A DNA stretch of 64,000 nucleotides from Epiperipatus broadwayi (GCA_028023455.1 JAQFVV010000005.1:17236001-17300000); one strand, 5' to 3'; numbered from the stretch's first letter, positions 12,263 to 26,683 are shown. Notes: generated by a model not told the origin, from the letters alone. Program-made: numbers and translations.

Positions 12263-13800
12263 ACAGGCTGACAAAAGTGCATCGCTGCTCTGGTTTTTAT
12301 AAATATGAATCATTAATACATTATTAAAAGAAGAATTATTTAGCAATAGTAAGTCAATAAGCTAAAAAAGAAATCCCCTCTAGCTCCATCTACTGTTAGG
12401 TTGAGAAATCAATGCTTGCAAAAACTTTATGCATTTAAATCCCTATTCTCAAACTGATTTCTGATATTGCCTTTAATGATGAGATTTTGGGATTCAACGT
12501 TGGAAGCAAAATATCACTGATAAAGACAAAACTAAAAAACTAGTTTTTGGTAATCACTGATTAGTGAAGCCAACAATAGATGGCGCTCATTATGTTATGT
12601 TAAAGGGAAATTGAAGTAATATGCTATTATTATTATTACATTAAATAAAATGTTATTTTAATTTGATATTAAGTTTTGCTGAAAGATTTGTCTGCAATAC
12701 CATGATTTTTAAAGTAAAAGATTTGAAATAGAATAATTTTGTTCTTAACAAGTAATTATTTTTATTGAATATTTAATATAATAAATTTGAGAAATGAAGA
12801 AAATTTGCAAAGATGTTGAAAAAAAAGTTTATCCCCACTCCTTTTATTTTCTACTTGCAAAGATAAAAAATTTCCACAAATCATCAATATTTCTAGTTCT
12901 ACTACTCTTGTTATTGCATAGATGTTGCCCATGAATTGATATATTGTCAGGTGACATATAACTATACCTAATTGGAAGCCTCAAAAGAGAAGTTGTAAGT
13001 TTAATGACTTTGTGAATAGCAATTGGTTGCAATTTTGCTTGTGCTACACAAATTGTTGCTCTATTATAGCTTTGGCTTTGAGCCATTTTTAACAGTACAA
13101 ACATCTAAAAAGTTTCTATAACAGTTTGATATTGCTTGCCCACTGATCATTACTTCAATGAAGTCTTTATTTTCAAAAATATAAGATCTAATTATCTGTC
13201 TATAACATTCAAACTGTGCATTTGATGGTTGTAACTGATTATAGGCATCATAAAATGGAAAGTTAAAAAAAAAGTAAAATTGAACTTCAATTTTCATGAA
13301 GAGACAGTCAACAAAATCATTTTCTTCTCACAAATTCTTAAATGTAAAATTCAGACGTAGCAGAATTTCATGATTTGTACCAACTGAATTTTTGTATTAT
13401 AAATATTAGTTAAAATGTGCTTTGATAATGTTTAAATGATCTGAGATGTCCAGAATATTGTTTTTTTTTTTTCATATTTTTTTCACTGGTACAATTTCCA
13501 CATTATATGAAATAAACATGATCCTTATTACTATGCATAGTTTTCCTATGTTGCTATGTCCTGAAGATATAAATTTAGTACCAGTCAGATAGCATTGACA
13601 ATTTTTAAATAAATTTAGCTACAACTTTGAGGTAACAAAATAAACTTATTTAAATCAATAACAAAATAGGAAAAGAATACAGTCTATTAATAGTTTCAGC
13701 ATGTGTCAATTTTTATGCACTCACTAGATAAATATAATTATTGCAGTGTGTCTGATTGAAGAAAGTTCTTCAAACATCCATTGAGATATAACTGCAATAT

Positions 13801-13967
13801 CATCATCATCATCATCAACCATTATCAATCCACTGCAGGATGAAGGTCTCTCCAAGTTCAATCCATCTTTTCCGATCTTTAGCTTCTCTTCTCCACATCA
13901 CCCCTGCACACTTTCTTATTTCATCCATCCATCACACATGTGGTCTCTTTCTGGGTCTTTTACAATC
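13801..13967 (-). mobile_element. 5'-truncated RTE 3' end with 12-bp TSD
   Basis: TAACTGCAATAT at 13789-13800 and 13968-13979; sequence matches 23017-23180; (cat)n tail. Confidence 0.88.
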
Positions 13968-14961
13968 TAACTGCAATATATATATATTAGGAATAGAAAT
14001 TATAAACCCAATCACCATTATGCAGAATATCAGCTGCTACTGTAATATGAGAATCATATTCATATTTATTATGTTTCCTCACATTTCATTACATTTTATT
14101 AGCACCTTCATTTCCTTTCATTACCACTACATTACAGGCACATCCCAATAAATCTTAATGGAGATTTTTTTATACAAAAGTCTACTTATATATAATAGTT
14201 TCTCATTTGCATAATTGATATGATTGGCACATGCAGATTAATAATGAGATAATTTATTCATAAACTATCTGCATATATTTACATAGTTAAATAATAATCT
14301 TTATTTACATTCTCCTATATATATATTATACACACAGATAGTTCAGGTTTAATGCAATAGTAGAAGAGATCATGACTTCAACTCAGTCACTTCTGGTGCT
14401 TAAATTTATTATGAATTCCCAAACAATAAACTATTCAATTATTTTTACTCTGTGTGGTTTGGTACAATGGTAGATACTTTCAATGCTCAAATTTTTTACA
14501 AATTCCAGAGCAAAAACCTATTCGACTATTTTGCCCTGAACGGTTTATTTAGTGATAAAGAGGCAGACTCCGAAGCTCAGAATCCAAAGATCATAGTCCG
14601 ACTTTGTACTTCCAGAGATCAAATTTCTTATGAACTCCAAAGCAAAAATCCATTTATTATTATTTTTAAATTCTTGATTATAGAAATGTGTTGCTAAAAT
14701 GATGAATCACTGATTTTGATCATTATTTTTTTTCTTGTTAATGTATCAGCAGCATAATGTTTGTGTGATCTCTGATATAAAAATTACAGCTGTCCTATTT
14801 GCATCTATTATTCCATTGTGGGTTTAGTTTTGAAAATACAATTTATGTAGCCTGCAAAAGACATTTTTAAAATAAATTTAGAAAAATATAAATTTATTCA
14901 TGATTTTCGTAATCTATAATTATAAAATCACCAATTATTTTTTGATAACTTATGTATGTAA

Positions 14962-15031
14962 CATATAATCAATTCTCCCTATGTCGATGTAATATCCATA
15001 TAATCAATTCTCCCTATGTCGATGTAATATC
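14962..15031. repeat. 35-bp tandem duplication
   Basis: catataatcaattctccctatgtcgatgtaatatc x2. Confidence 0.95.
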
Positions 15032-15235
15032 CAACTTTTAGTATTAATGTTTACGCTTCTATTACAGAATAAATAAATTTTCAATCCATAATAACTAGCC
15101 AAACACCTTTCTAATGCTAAGCTTTATACACATGGAAAGCTAATCTGTTATTCGTTATTAGGAAACGTATATTGTATATATATATGTTTTTCCTATGTTT
15201 CAATGATTGCTTAATTAAACCACTAAACATCACAT

Positions 15236-15275
15236 GATCACTGATGAAAGCCACAAGCTAGAAACTAGCCTGGGG
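15236..15275 (+). ncRNA. Degenerate family-2-like hammerhead motif (GCC instead of GUC)
   Basis: GATCA-CTGATGA-AAGC(CACAA)GCTA-GAAA-C(TA)GCC-TGGGG-ATATT; 3' flank matches the family 2 unit. Confidence 0.35.
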
Positions 15276-17421
15276 ATATTACCGATGAGTAGGTAATAGA
15301 TAGGGATTTTATGCACAAACCTTCTTGCATCCATTGTGCTCTGGCTTGCACTGAGTGGCGCTACTGTATGGAGAGTTTAGTCTCTGGGTCTTGCTTAATT
15401 GTGAAATATATGACAGCCTATTTATAACATTAACTACATTTTTGACAAATCATGTTTCTTTTGGTTCACAGGAAATGATTCATTAATAATAAGGATAAAA
15501 AATTTTCTGGAATGTTCCTAAATCATATATTTCATCTGATGTATTAGCTCAAGATGAACAACAATTTATTATGTAAATCTTGAATCAATATAATGAGAGT
15601 AAAATAGCAAATGCCTATATAATTAAAAAAAAGCTATTAGAATATCATTTCTTTTTTTGGAAAATGAAAGAAACAGTGGCCTTTGATAAAATAATTTGCA
15701 CTAAGCATAATGATAGAAAAATAGGAATCAAAAAAGCAGAGTTTATTGCCATCGCATTTCAACTACAAATAAGCTAGTAAATAGCAAGCATTGAAATACA
15801 TACATCCTCTAGCTTTGCTATAATTATGAAGCTCAATGCTGAAAATGTATTTGGCCAGTTATTATTTATTCTGTAATAGAAAAATAAAAATTAACGCTAG
15901 AAGAATTAATAAATTTTTTGCTTCAAGATAGATTGGATTAATAAATCTATGAAACGTTTTTTAATTTATAATTTTTGAAAATACAATGAGTTATTTATTT
16001 ATATTTTCTCAAAAAATAATAATTGAGAATAAGCTTTTACTGAGTTCATTTTCAGCCTAAAATTTTATTGTAGATCCCATTTCTTTTATCTATCATTTAT
16101 TTCATCAATCTCTTGCTCAATGGAAGTTTCTCAACTAGGATTTGTTTCAGAAGTCAATAATGATTTTGCTAGTATATTGTGATTGCAAAAAAAACAACAA
16201 CAATGCATTCTATGAATACAGTATTGCATGAAAAGGGGAGGTATTAGGCCTTTATCATTTTTCCACAGGCTAAATATTTTATAGGGCCCTAATTTTAATG
16301 ATTAAATTTGTGAAAAATAAGAATGCAGCCTTAACTATTATTTAATAGTGATTTACATTAAAATATGTTATTAGTGATTGAATATATATTTTTTGTAAGA
16401 ATCTTTTTTATATAGCCATTTATGTACAAACAATACCAGCCAATTGTGCCATTTTTAATTACTATATTTTAAGGAATGTTTAAAACTAGCATACAATTCA
16501 ATTTGCCCTATTCAATATGTGTTAAGTGTGGGAAACTATACATAAATAAATAAATCATGGTACCAGAAAATCAAAAGGATTTATAATTACATCCATGTAA
16601 TAGTTTCTGATTATGTTAAATAATAATGAAAAGATTTAGAGCCAACTGGTTAAGTTTTTGCAAGACTATAAGTGTTAAATTATTGGATTTTAAAGGAAAT
16701 TTAATCTTTGGACAAATGTTTGTGCAGACTTGAATTGAAGTATGATTCTCTGAGTCACTATGCTTAAAAATTCAACTTTGACAGAAATCAAACTATGAGA
16801 TTTGAAGAGCAGGCCTTGAATAAGTTTTGGATTTTTATGACATAACGGTACTCTACTAATCACAGGTAAACAAAGTACATTGGGCTGCAGTTTCTAATTT
16901 CTTAAATATAAGAGCTTCTCTTGTTAAACAAACATTAAAGAGTAAGGAGAAAAAATATATTTAAGAGTATTAAAATCTGAATATATCTATCTATACACAT
17001 ATAATACATTTTACAATATATTACATTTTATAATATATTACATTTTACAATCAAGCTGACAATTTCAATTGTTCAATAGACTTTTTCAGATTTAGAAATA
17101 CACAAAAAAAGTTAAGTACAAGCATAACTATAATAGTGCTACACATTTATACAATGTGATTTATCTGTATTTTAATATACATTACATTAATTATATCTTT
17201 AAAAAAAACTATTATATTTATTAAATATAAATGGTTTTTGGTCATAATTTAAATTGCTAAAACAGTATAAAAAAAACATTAGTATGAAAAAAATACATTT
17301 GAATTTGATAAATATAGTACATATATATATAATTAGTATAATGGATTGGTGTTAAACCACTAAACATCACATAATCACTATCTCATACTAACACATAATT
17401 GATTGCTCTTGTTAGCACAAG

Positions 17422-20400
17422 ATGGCACTACTATATGGGGAAAAAAAAAGGGGTATAGGTGTTATATCAAAAAAATATTTAAATATTGTTAAATGTCAAG
17501 AACACTTGTGGTTTGAAATAAGGTTGGGTAGACAAGAATGGATGGTGGCTATAGTTTATATAGCTACTGGAGATAGTCAAATTATATTGGAGTGGAATAG
17601 TAATATATACAAATGTTTAGTTAAGGATATACAAAGTTTTAAAGAAAAGGGGAAGAGAATAATGGTTATAGGGGATATGAATGGACATATTGAAGAAATT
17701 GATGATGTAGATAATAAAATGGACAGCTTTTGAAGAATTTTTGTCAGAAAGTGAATTTGAGTATTGGAAATTTATTAAATATTTATGAGGGACAATACAC
17801 ATGGTCCAGAAATAATATATTTCACACAATAGATTATGTATTGATAGAGAAAGAGGGAATAAATAAAATACAGAAAATTAAGGTATTTGATAATGAAGAA
17901 AAAGTATGCACTAGTGATCATAATTTCATTGTAATTGAAATGGTTAGTAATGTGATGGAGAATAGAAATAAAAGTAGAAATAATAGTGAAAGATGTGGAT
18001 GGAGAGTAAATGATAAGAATAAGTTGAAAGAGTATAAAATATAAGTTGAAGAAATAATGGAAGAGTGGGTTGGGGATGAGTATAAGGATTGGTGTAAGGA
18101 AGTAGAAAAAGTTGCAAATAGGGTTTTAGGTGAGAATATTGAAAAAAATAAAAGTAATAAAAAAATTAAAATTAGTAAAAGTGTAAAAGAAAGGAAAGAA
18201 GTATGTAGAGAATATAAGTGTGCTATTAAGAATAAGGAAAGTGAAAAAGATATTAATGATAAATGGGAAAAGTACTTAGAAAAGAAGAAGTTGGCTAAAA
18301 TAGATATTTATATAGAGAGAATGAAATTGAATAGTAAATTGTTGGAGGATATTAATAAAAGTGGAAGAGATGGAAGTAAAAAACTTTGGAATTATATTAA
18401 AAGGAGAAATGCAGGGGGGAGAGAGTTAGTATTACTAGATGATGAGGGAACTGAGTGTAGTTCTAGAGAAGATTTAGAGAGAATCTTAAATAGTTATGTA
18501 ATGAATATAGAAAAGATGTTAGATGTGAATGATAGAATGTTAGAAAATATGAAAGAGTATAGTAATAGGAATATTAGCTTTTCAGAAAATGAACTAAATG
18601 AGGTAGAGAAGAAATTGAAAAGTGGGAAGGCAAGAGGTTTAGATGGATGGGCAGCAGAGATGGTAATGAATTTAGGATATAGGGCAAAAGTAAAGTTATT
18701 ATCCTGTTTTAATAAAATGGCACAGAATAGAGTTTTCCCAAGTAGTTGGAGTAATACAAGAATAAGGTTATTATTTAAAGGAAAGGGTAAGGATCATAGA
18801 AAGTTGAATAATTATAGACCGATAGCGGTAACATCAGTTTTATATAAAGTTTTCTCATATATGGTGGCTAGTAAAGTTGTAAAATGGATGGAAGGAAATA
18901 ATGTAGTGGGTGAAATGCAAGGAGGTTTTAGATTAGATAGGCGTATAGGAGATAGTTTATTTGTAGTTACACAACTTATGGATATGAGTAGGAATGCAGA
19001 TAAACAGTTATATATGAGTTTTATAGATATAGAGAAGGCATATGATAGAGTAAATAGAAATAGATTATGGATAAGTTTAGCAAATTTGGGAATGGATGAA
19101 GCTTTAATAGATATTATTAAGAAATTATATGAAAATAATTATTATATATATCAATTAGAGAATATAGAATCAATTAAAGTTAAAAATGGTGTGGGACTAA
19201 GGCAAGGATGCCTTATGTCACCTATTTTGTTTGTGTTGTATTTGAGTGAAATGGAAAGAGCAATAGAAGGATTAGGAAGAGGGATAGAGATACCGTTAAT
19301 AGGTAGTAAGGGAGTATATATTTTGTCAGGTCTTTTTTTTGCGGATGATATATTTTTGTGTGCAGAAAAAAGAGAAGATATGGAAGTTATGTTGAGGACA
19401 TGTGCAAGGGTGGGTAAAGAGATGGGGATTAAATTTAGTGAAGAAAAATCAAATATAATGATGGTTAATACTGAGGAAAGAGAAGATGTAGAATTTTTAT
19501 TGGGAGATATTAAGTTAAGTGTGGTGAATAGATATAGTTATTTGGGAATTATTTTAAGTAATCAGAAAAATTATTTGGATGAATGGGAGAAAAAATTGAT
19601 AAATGAAGCAAAGAAAAGAAAGGGATTGATAAAGAAATTAACAGTATTTTCATATAATAAATATGATATAGCTAGAATTATATGGAAAGGAGTTGCAGTA
19701 GCAGGGTTAACATATGGTAATGATGCATTATATGTTAGCAAAAAGATATTAGATTATTTAGAAAAAGCTCAAAGGGAAGTAGGAAGACATGCATTGGATG
19801 CAGAAGTATGGACAGCAAGGGAGGCAATTCAAGGAGAAATGGGATGGTCAAGTTTTCATATGAGAGATGCAAAAAGTAAAATGAAAATGTTTGGTAGATT
19901 GCAGTTTATGGATAATAAAAGAATAGCTAAAATAGTATCTAATTGGGTTATGAGTAAAGGGCAGGTAACAAGATGGGTGAGAAAGATAATGCGGTATGCA
20001 AAAGATTTGGATAAAGAATTTATATCAGTATATTTGTACAAAAGATGGGATGATTGTGTTAAGAGGATTACTGAGTGTTATAGTAGTAAGGAATGGGATA
20101 AAAGAATAAATTTATTAATAAAGACTAGGGAGTTAGAGAGATGGAGAAATAGTATGGAGAGTAAAAAGAGTTTAAATATATATATATAGAAATAAACAGA
20201 ATATTAGGTGTGAGTTAATATATGATAATAGTAAGGAAAGTAGTTTATTGTTTAAGGCTCGAACGGGATCTTTAGCTACAAAAGAATATACATGTAAATG
20301 GAAAAATATGGGTGATTTATTTTGTAAATTATGTAAGGAAGGAATTGAAAATATTAGGCATTTGTTAATTGAATGTAAATGCTTGAAAACAGAAAGGGTA

Positions 20401-20662
20401 CATATAATGAAGTTGTGGAAAAATAAATATGAAAAGAGTGATTATACATAAAGTGAATTATTGGTTTTTATGCTGGGTTTGGGAAAAGATAAGGGGGATT
20501 TAGATATAAAGGTTATAGAGTTGACAATTATGTTGTGGAAATGGGATAGAGCAGATTATGGGTAAATTTAGAGTGGAGAATGTAAAAGAAAGTGGTTAAC
20601 AGGTTTATCTGGGCATAATTGCCGAGATATTCTTGGCTTCATTTAAGGAGAAGCCATAATAC
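17422..20662 (+). mobile_element. Non-LTR retrotransposon (LINE): APE endonuclease + RT + C-terminal CCHC; 5'-truncated, clade not assigned
   Basis: APE motifs IGDMNGH, YTW...IDYVL, SDH (17422-18044); RT 18057-20189; CKLC..ENIRHLLIEC (20248-20451); ends in a catcatcac tail. Confidence 0.92.
18057..20189 (+). pseudogene. Reverse transcriptase segment (710 aa open) of the disrupted LINE ORF2
   Basis: KARGLDG, NYRPIAVTSVLYKVF, QGGFR, FIDIEKAYDRV, GLRQGCLMSPILF, FFADD, YSYLG. Confidence 0.92.
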
Positions 20663-21318
20663 ATCATCACTTTGTTTTGAATTGTTTAGTATAATGGATA
20701 TTAAATTATAGACAATTTGCATTGTAAATGTATAGTACTATTATAGTCCTTCTAGTACTTGTTTACAGCACAGAGAAAGACTGTTCAACAATTGAAATAG
20801 CCAGTTTGATTGAAGTTGCACTGTATTAAGTGCATATAGAAGTATTTAAGCATTATTATTCTATTTATTTAAAATAACCAATTCAACAAAGATAAAGAAT
20901 TATTTTATAAATACTTCCAAGAAAAAGTATATTATTTCAGTGGAAAACACGACCATATCCCAATGTGAATGAAAAATTGATTATGCACTAAAAATATAAA
21001 AGACATGTTTCATATGCTAGAGAGGTAAACTTTATTTTTCTTTTAAATATGTATAAAAGAGATTACAAGTACTAATTATAAATATTAATTCTTATTAAGC
21101 GCAATGTCAGCACGTAATACTTATATAAAGCTAAAGCTTTAGTACATGGGCCTTGACTGCTTAATTTTAGCAAGAGACCTCTACAAATCATAACACGAGA
21201 TTCGACTTTATAAAGACTTATATTTTAGTTTTTTTTCAAAATCTGATGTAAATTTGCCTTCGACTAGATTTTTGAAAATATCTAAATGAAAGAATTTATA
21301 TGTGTTTGATTTACTCAC

Positions 21319-21499
21319 TAGGGGGTGGTTGTAACGTGTTTCTGGTTGCTGGAGGTCCTTGGTTAACTTCGGCTAATAATTGCTGAGCAAGCTCTTCATC
21401 ATCTAAATGAATCTCAGTCACCATATTACATGGCACAAATCCAGTGCGATTATTTGATTCACCTTTGTAAAATCCATCTGCATCTTTATCTCCATATAC
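21319..21499 (-). CDS. Rbp: RIM-binding protein exon completing SH3 #2 (VYGDKDADGFYKGESNNRTGFVPCNMVTEI...QPPP); not in the ORF track
   Basis: ttttag|GTA acceptor, A|gtgagt donor, 181 nt, phase 0 to 1. GDKDADGFY..E...R.G.VPCNMV is the conserved SH3 end. Confidence 0.93.
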
Positions 21500-23021
21500 C
21501 TAAAACGATCACAAGAATAAATGTAATAATATGCACACACAACATATAATGCTTAAAAATATCAAATATAAGTGGGTATTGTAATATTTAGTGTTTAACT
21601 AATTGCCATTATTATGTACACTAGTGACATGCACACACATTTAAGTTAATATTGACATCTCTATGCTTTATTCCATTAAACTTTAAACCTTTGTAAATAG
21701 TACATTCCGACAGTATTGAAATAGAGAGAAAGTACAGTATACTGAAATAGTAATTTCATGGAAGCCATATAATAGATGCACATAAATTAATATACAGGTA
21801 ATAGAATGATATTAAAACGAGGAAATTTTCAAAGGAAAAATTAAATGAAAAGAATTACTATAAAAGAAATAAATAGAACAGATTTATTGTGGCATGTGGA
21901 TGTTTATCTGATTGAATTTAAATTATTTCTTTTAGAATCAAGAATCAAATACTGTATATTAATAAATTTGCAAAAAAGTGTAAGTATAATGCTATGTATA
22001 TGTGAATGGATGTGCATGAAAGAGTATATGCAATAAAATTTATATTTAATTTCAAATAAAAAATTATTTTCAATTTTAATAAAATATTGTTTAATGTAAT
22101 TTTATAAAGTTTTTTCTTAAAAAGATTTTCCACATAATAAATAGAATTAAAAAGGTAATATATAGAATTAAAATCTTATCTAAAAGTTTTAAACATTAAA
22201 AAAATTAAATCTAAACATGATTAAACAAAGGATTTTGCTTTTAAATTTAGGAAAAACAAGGGTCTCTTTTTAGGAGAGTATTTATAACTGGAAAATATTG
22301 TTCTCTAAAATGTTAATTATTATGGTATGGTCCAGATTTTTTTTATTAATATAAAACTAAAAACGCCCTCATGTTAAAGAAATAAAAGTTTATATATATG
22401 TTAGTTGCTATTTAAATGTTAACTATACTCGGACTAAAAATGAGAATCAGTCGATTCTGTATAATAGTTCAGTTTCAGATTCTGACAGTTTTCTCCAATT
22501 GACAAAGATCTTTAAATTCCAGTGCCATATCAAATAAAGGTTTTATGCGAATAATAATAACTATCACATTTGAAGTAGTCAACTAAGACATCTTTCTGTC
22601 ACTGGTATTTTGAAGATAGTTCTCAAATTTATATCTTTGCCCCGAGTAATGACAGCAACCATGAGTAAACTTACAAAACCAGAAATATTTTAATGTTAGC
22701 TACCCTCTATGCCAGGATGAACGACTGACCCAATTAAATGAATAAGTCCCATGGGCAATTGTAAAAGCGCCTGTTAACTAATATCCAGCAGCAGATAAAA
22801 TCTTGCTGAAATTCTCCAGAAAATTCTTATTTCAAATCATCAGAAGGTAATTGCAGAAAATCTAGATTGTATCATGGCATGAGTAGTGTAGAATTACTAA
22901 AAATGGTTCTCTAAGCCAAAAGAATATATTTTATTGTACTTAATACTTTTTCTGAGATTAACAATAATTTAGGATTGGGTGAAAAAACAAAACATAAGAA
23001 CAGGGGAAACTGATTCATCAT

Positions 23022-26000
23022 CATCATTGTCAACCATTATTAATCCACTGCAGGATTAAGGTCTCTCCAAGTTCAATCCATCTCAGATTTCTGGTCTCTT
23101 TTCTCCACGTCACCGCTGCACATTTTCTTATTTCATCCATCCCCATCTCACATGTGATCTCTTTCTGGATCTTTTACAATCTCTTGGAATCCAGTTTAAG
23201 ATTTCAATTGTCCATCTATTATCACCTCTTCTAGAAATTTGTCCAGTCCAACTCCACTTTAGTCTTTTATTTCTTTCAATGATGTCAGTAACACCTGTTT
23301 GTTTTCTTACCCATGTGTTGCATTTTCAATATCTTCTTGTTACTCCTAACATGTATCTCTCCACACTTCTTTGAGTGTCTGAAGTCTCTGTATTGCTCTT
23401 CTATTAAGGATACAAGCCTCAGATCCATAAGTAAGAACTGGTTCCTTTTAGTATTAAGTTATTTCTACCAAAAGCACTCCGACCAAGTTTAATTCTACGA
23501 TTAATTTCATCCATTATGTTTCCATCTGTAATAATAATCTGACTAAGGAATTTGTAGTTGTTAACTTCTAGCTCATCACAATAAATCTTTAATTCCATTT
23601 TTCGAAAAAATTCATTGAACATTATTTTAGTCTTTTTAACATTTACCTTTAGTCCTACTTTTTTATTTTCATCAGTTAACTCCTGCAACATTTCCTGAAG
23701 CTCTAAAGCATTGTTTGCAAAAACAACTAACATCATCTGCAAAATCCAAATGACTTAAATAATCTCCACTTTTATTCCTTTAGTTTCCCATTTTAATCCA
23801 CAAAATACTTGTTGCAGCACTGCTATAAAAAGTTTTGGAGATATGGAGTGACCCTGTCTTACGCCCTTCTCAATGTTAACCTTCCTAGTATCATTATGTA
23901 ATCTAATTGTTACTGTTGCATTTTTATAAATATTCTTCATAATATGATAATATCCTGGGTCTATATCTTGAATAATTCAATGCTTTAATCACTGAATAAA
24001 TGTTTATAGAATCAAATGCCTTTTCATAATCTACAAATCCAAAGCATAATGGCAACTCATATTCATTGGTCCTTTCTATAATTTCTCTCAATACTTAGAC
24101 ATGATCTACTGTACTAAAACCACTTTTAAATCCAGCTTGTTTTCTTGATTGGTTGAAATCCAATGTTCTCTGTAGACAAGTTGTAATTATCTTTGTAAAA
24201 ATTTTGTATAAAACTAAATTATCTTCTTTATCACTTTTTTTAAATATTAATATTAATACTGCATTCTCCCAATCATCTGGTACATCTTTATCATTTAGAC
24301 ATTTGGTAAATAACTTTGCCAAAATTTTTCTATTTCTTTACCTGCTTTTTTTAATATATCGATTATAATTCCATCATTACCTGAGCTTTTCCTTTCTTCA
24401 TAGATTTAGTTGCATGTCTCACTTCTTCATTTAAAATTCTGGGCAATTCAGAAAATATAATAGTTGTAGGAGGTACTTGTTCTTTATTATTATATAATTA
24501 TTGATAGAACTCTATTCATTTCGTGATGTCATCTCTCTTTTTAGTAATAATTCTATCTTTTTTTCTTAGTGCAGATATAAGTTCCTACCAATACCAAAAT
24601 GATGTTTTACACTCTTGAGACTTTTATTCTCATCTTCAGCCTTCCTTGCTAGTTCACAATTATATTTTCTTATATCATTACTGCTGTGTCTTATGACCAG
24701 CAAGTAATAAATTGACAAAAGCAGAATTGAGATGGTAAGCTTATAGTTTAATTTAAGTAAATACGAATATTTTTTCAAATATACATTGCCTATTATAAGG
24801 TGTAATAAAATAAAAGGTTGTGGTGACCTGCACATAATAACCTAGTCCTGTTTTTGGACTTACAGAGGCAAGTCTCGGACTTACATTTAATACTCAGAAC
24901 CAATAGATCAGGCTCTGGGGGTTTATATACCCCTCAAGATTTCTGGAGTCTTTTACTTACCTTACTGTATATGATGTTTTCACATACATATAGTATTTTT
25001 TACATTCCTCACCATATATAGTGTTTTACAGTTTTCTGACCCTATAAGGTCAGCTGTGCTCTCTATGATCTAACAACATTGCAATTTAATGAATGTTACA
25101 TTGCTACATTTTACAGTTACAATTATTTATATAATACAAATGTTTACACACGATCGCTATACATAATTACTATACAGTTATTATTCTTATTCTATATATT
25201 CATTATACATTACAAAGTTATTAGTTTTATTCTACATTTATTATTTATTGTACAGCTATTATTTTTATTCTATTCATTATACATTTATTATTGTACAACA
25301 TACATATGTATATACCTTGCTTGACCTTGAACACTGCAATTACCAACTCTTTTTCCTAATTGAACACTGCAATTACCAACTCTTTTTCCTAACATTTTAC
25401 AAAATTCGAGATATTCAATCCTTTTTAATGCATTATTTTTATATATCTTTATATTCCTTCTTTTCTTCATTAATTCTCTCATCTCAGTAGAAATTTTTTG
25501 GTCAATTGCCGCTTTGTTCTACCAGCTATCTTTGTTGCAGTTTTTAAAAGTGTATCAGTTATTTTCTTATTAATTCATTCAAATCTGAATCATGTTCATA
25601 ATCTACTAATACTTGAAACCAATTTGCAAATTCTAATTTAAATTCATTAGAATATTTCTGAAGATTCGGAATATCAACTGTAAATATTGTTTTTCTTAAT
25701 AATTTTTGTGTCTCTAGTTTCACATTAAGATGTATCTTACATCTTATTAATCAATGATCACTTTCTGTGTTGAAATTATTAAGAACATTACAATCTTGAA
25801 ATATGTATTTTCTGCTAGTCAAAATTGCTGTATCTTCATTTGGATGTTTCCATGTCCATTTCCTTTTAACATTTTTCTCAAAAAAAAAAAAAAAAAGAAT
25901 TCATAATATAAAGTTTTTCTTTTTCTGCAAACTCCACAAGTCTATGTCCTCTCTCATTTCTACTACTATAACCAAATTTACCTATATCACTTTCATTTGT

Positions 26001-26683
26001 TTACCAATTGTAGCATTAAAGTCTCCCATAATTTTAAAATGATGTTTAGTCTAACCAAAAGCCTTTTGTACATCCATATAAAAATCTTTCACTACTTTAT
26101 CTCTATGAGAACTTGTTGGTGCATAAACCTAAATTATCTGCATTTGGTATCTGCTATTAAGTTGAATAACTAAGCTTGCCACTCTGGCTTATATACCATC
26201 AATCTCCACAATGTTGTTCTTCGACTTTTTATTTATAATGAATCCTACTCCACTTGTACTTCCAATATTTGTGCCTTTATAGTAGAGTACATGTCCACTT
26301 TTTAAATCAATTGTCTCTTCACCTTTTCTTCTAACTTCACAAAGTCAAATAAAGTCCCATTTAATATAAGACAGTTATTTTCCCCAATTCTTGCAATCTT
26401 CGTTCACTTGAAAGTGATCTACAGTTGTTCATAACTAAATAAAAAGTCATTATCAAATGGCATCCTGGGTCCACAATCAGGGGATTCTTAACACCTCCGC
26501 TACCAACTGCTGCCTTGTCTGCCTCCTGGGAATAAGGGCTATGATTTATTTTTGTCTGTCATGATTGTATATATAGAAATTTGTTTTTATTCACATATAC
26601 ATTCATTCTGCCTTATAAGGCAACTGAGAAAAAAGACCATGAGTGTTTCTCGATCTTAAACCCAGAGGTAAAAAAACCAATAA
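23022..26683 (-). mobile_element. RTE-clade (BovB-like) LINE, decayed near-full-length copy
   Basis: Minus-strand fragments QVYAPTSS and GDFNA (APE), QAGFKSGFST.DH, GVRQG.SISPKLF, DFADD, VGLKVNVKKTKIM; (GAT)n 3' tail near 23020; possible weak TSD attcatcat (23013 and 26684). Confidence 0.85.
24682..25338. mobile_element. Solo-LTR-like insertion (TG...CA, 5-bp TSD ATTAC) inside the RTE ORF
   Basis: ATTAC at 24677-24681 and 25339-25343; ends TGCTGTG.../...CACTGCA; removing it restores RTE frame KRVGNDIRKY. Confidence 0.7.

Noticed and set aside
25327-25392. 33-bp direct repeats as a CRISPR array
   Set aside because: Two adjacent copies with no spacer; eukaryotic context; explained as a junction duplication.
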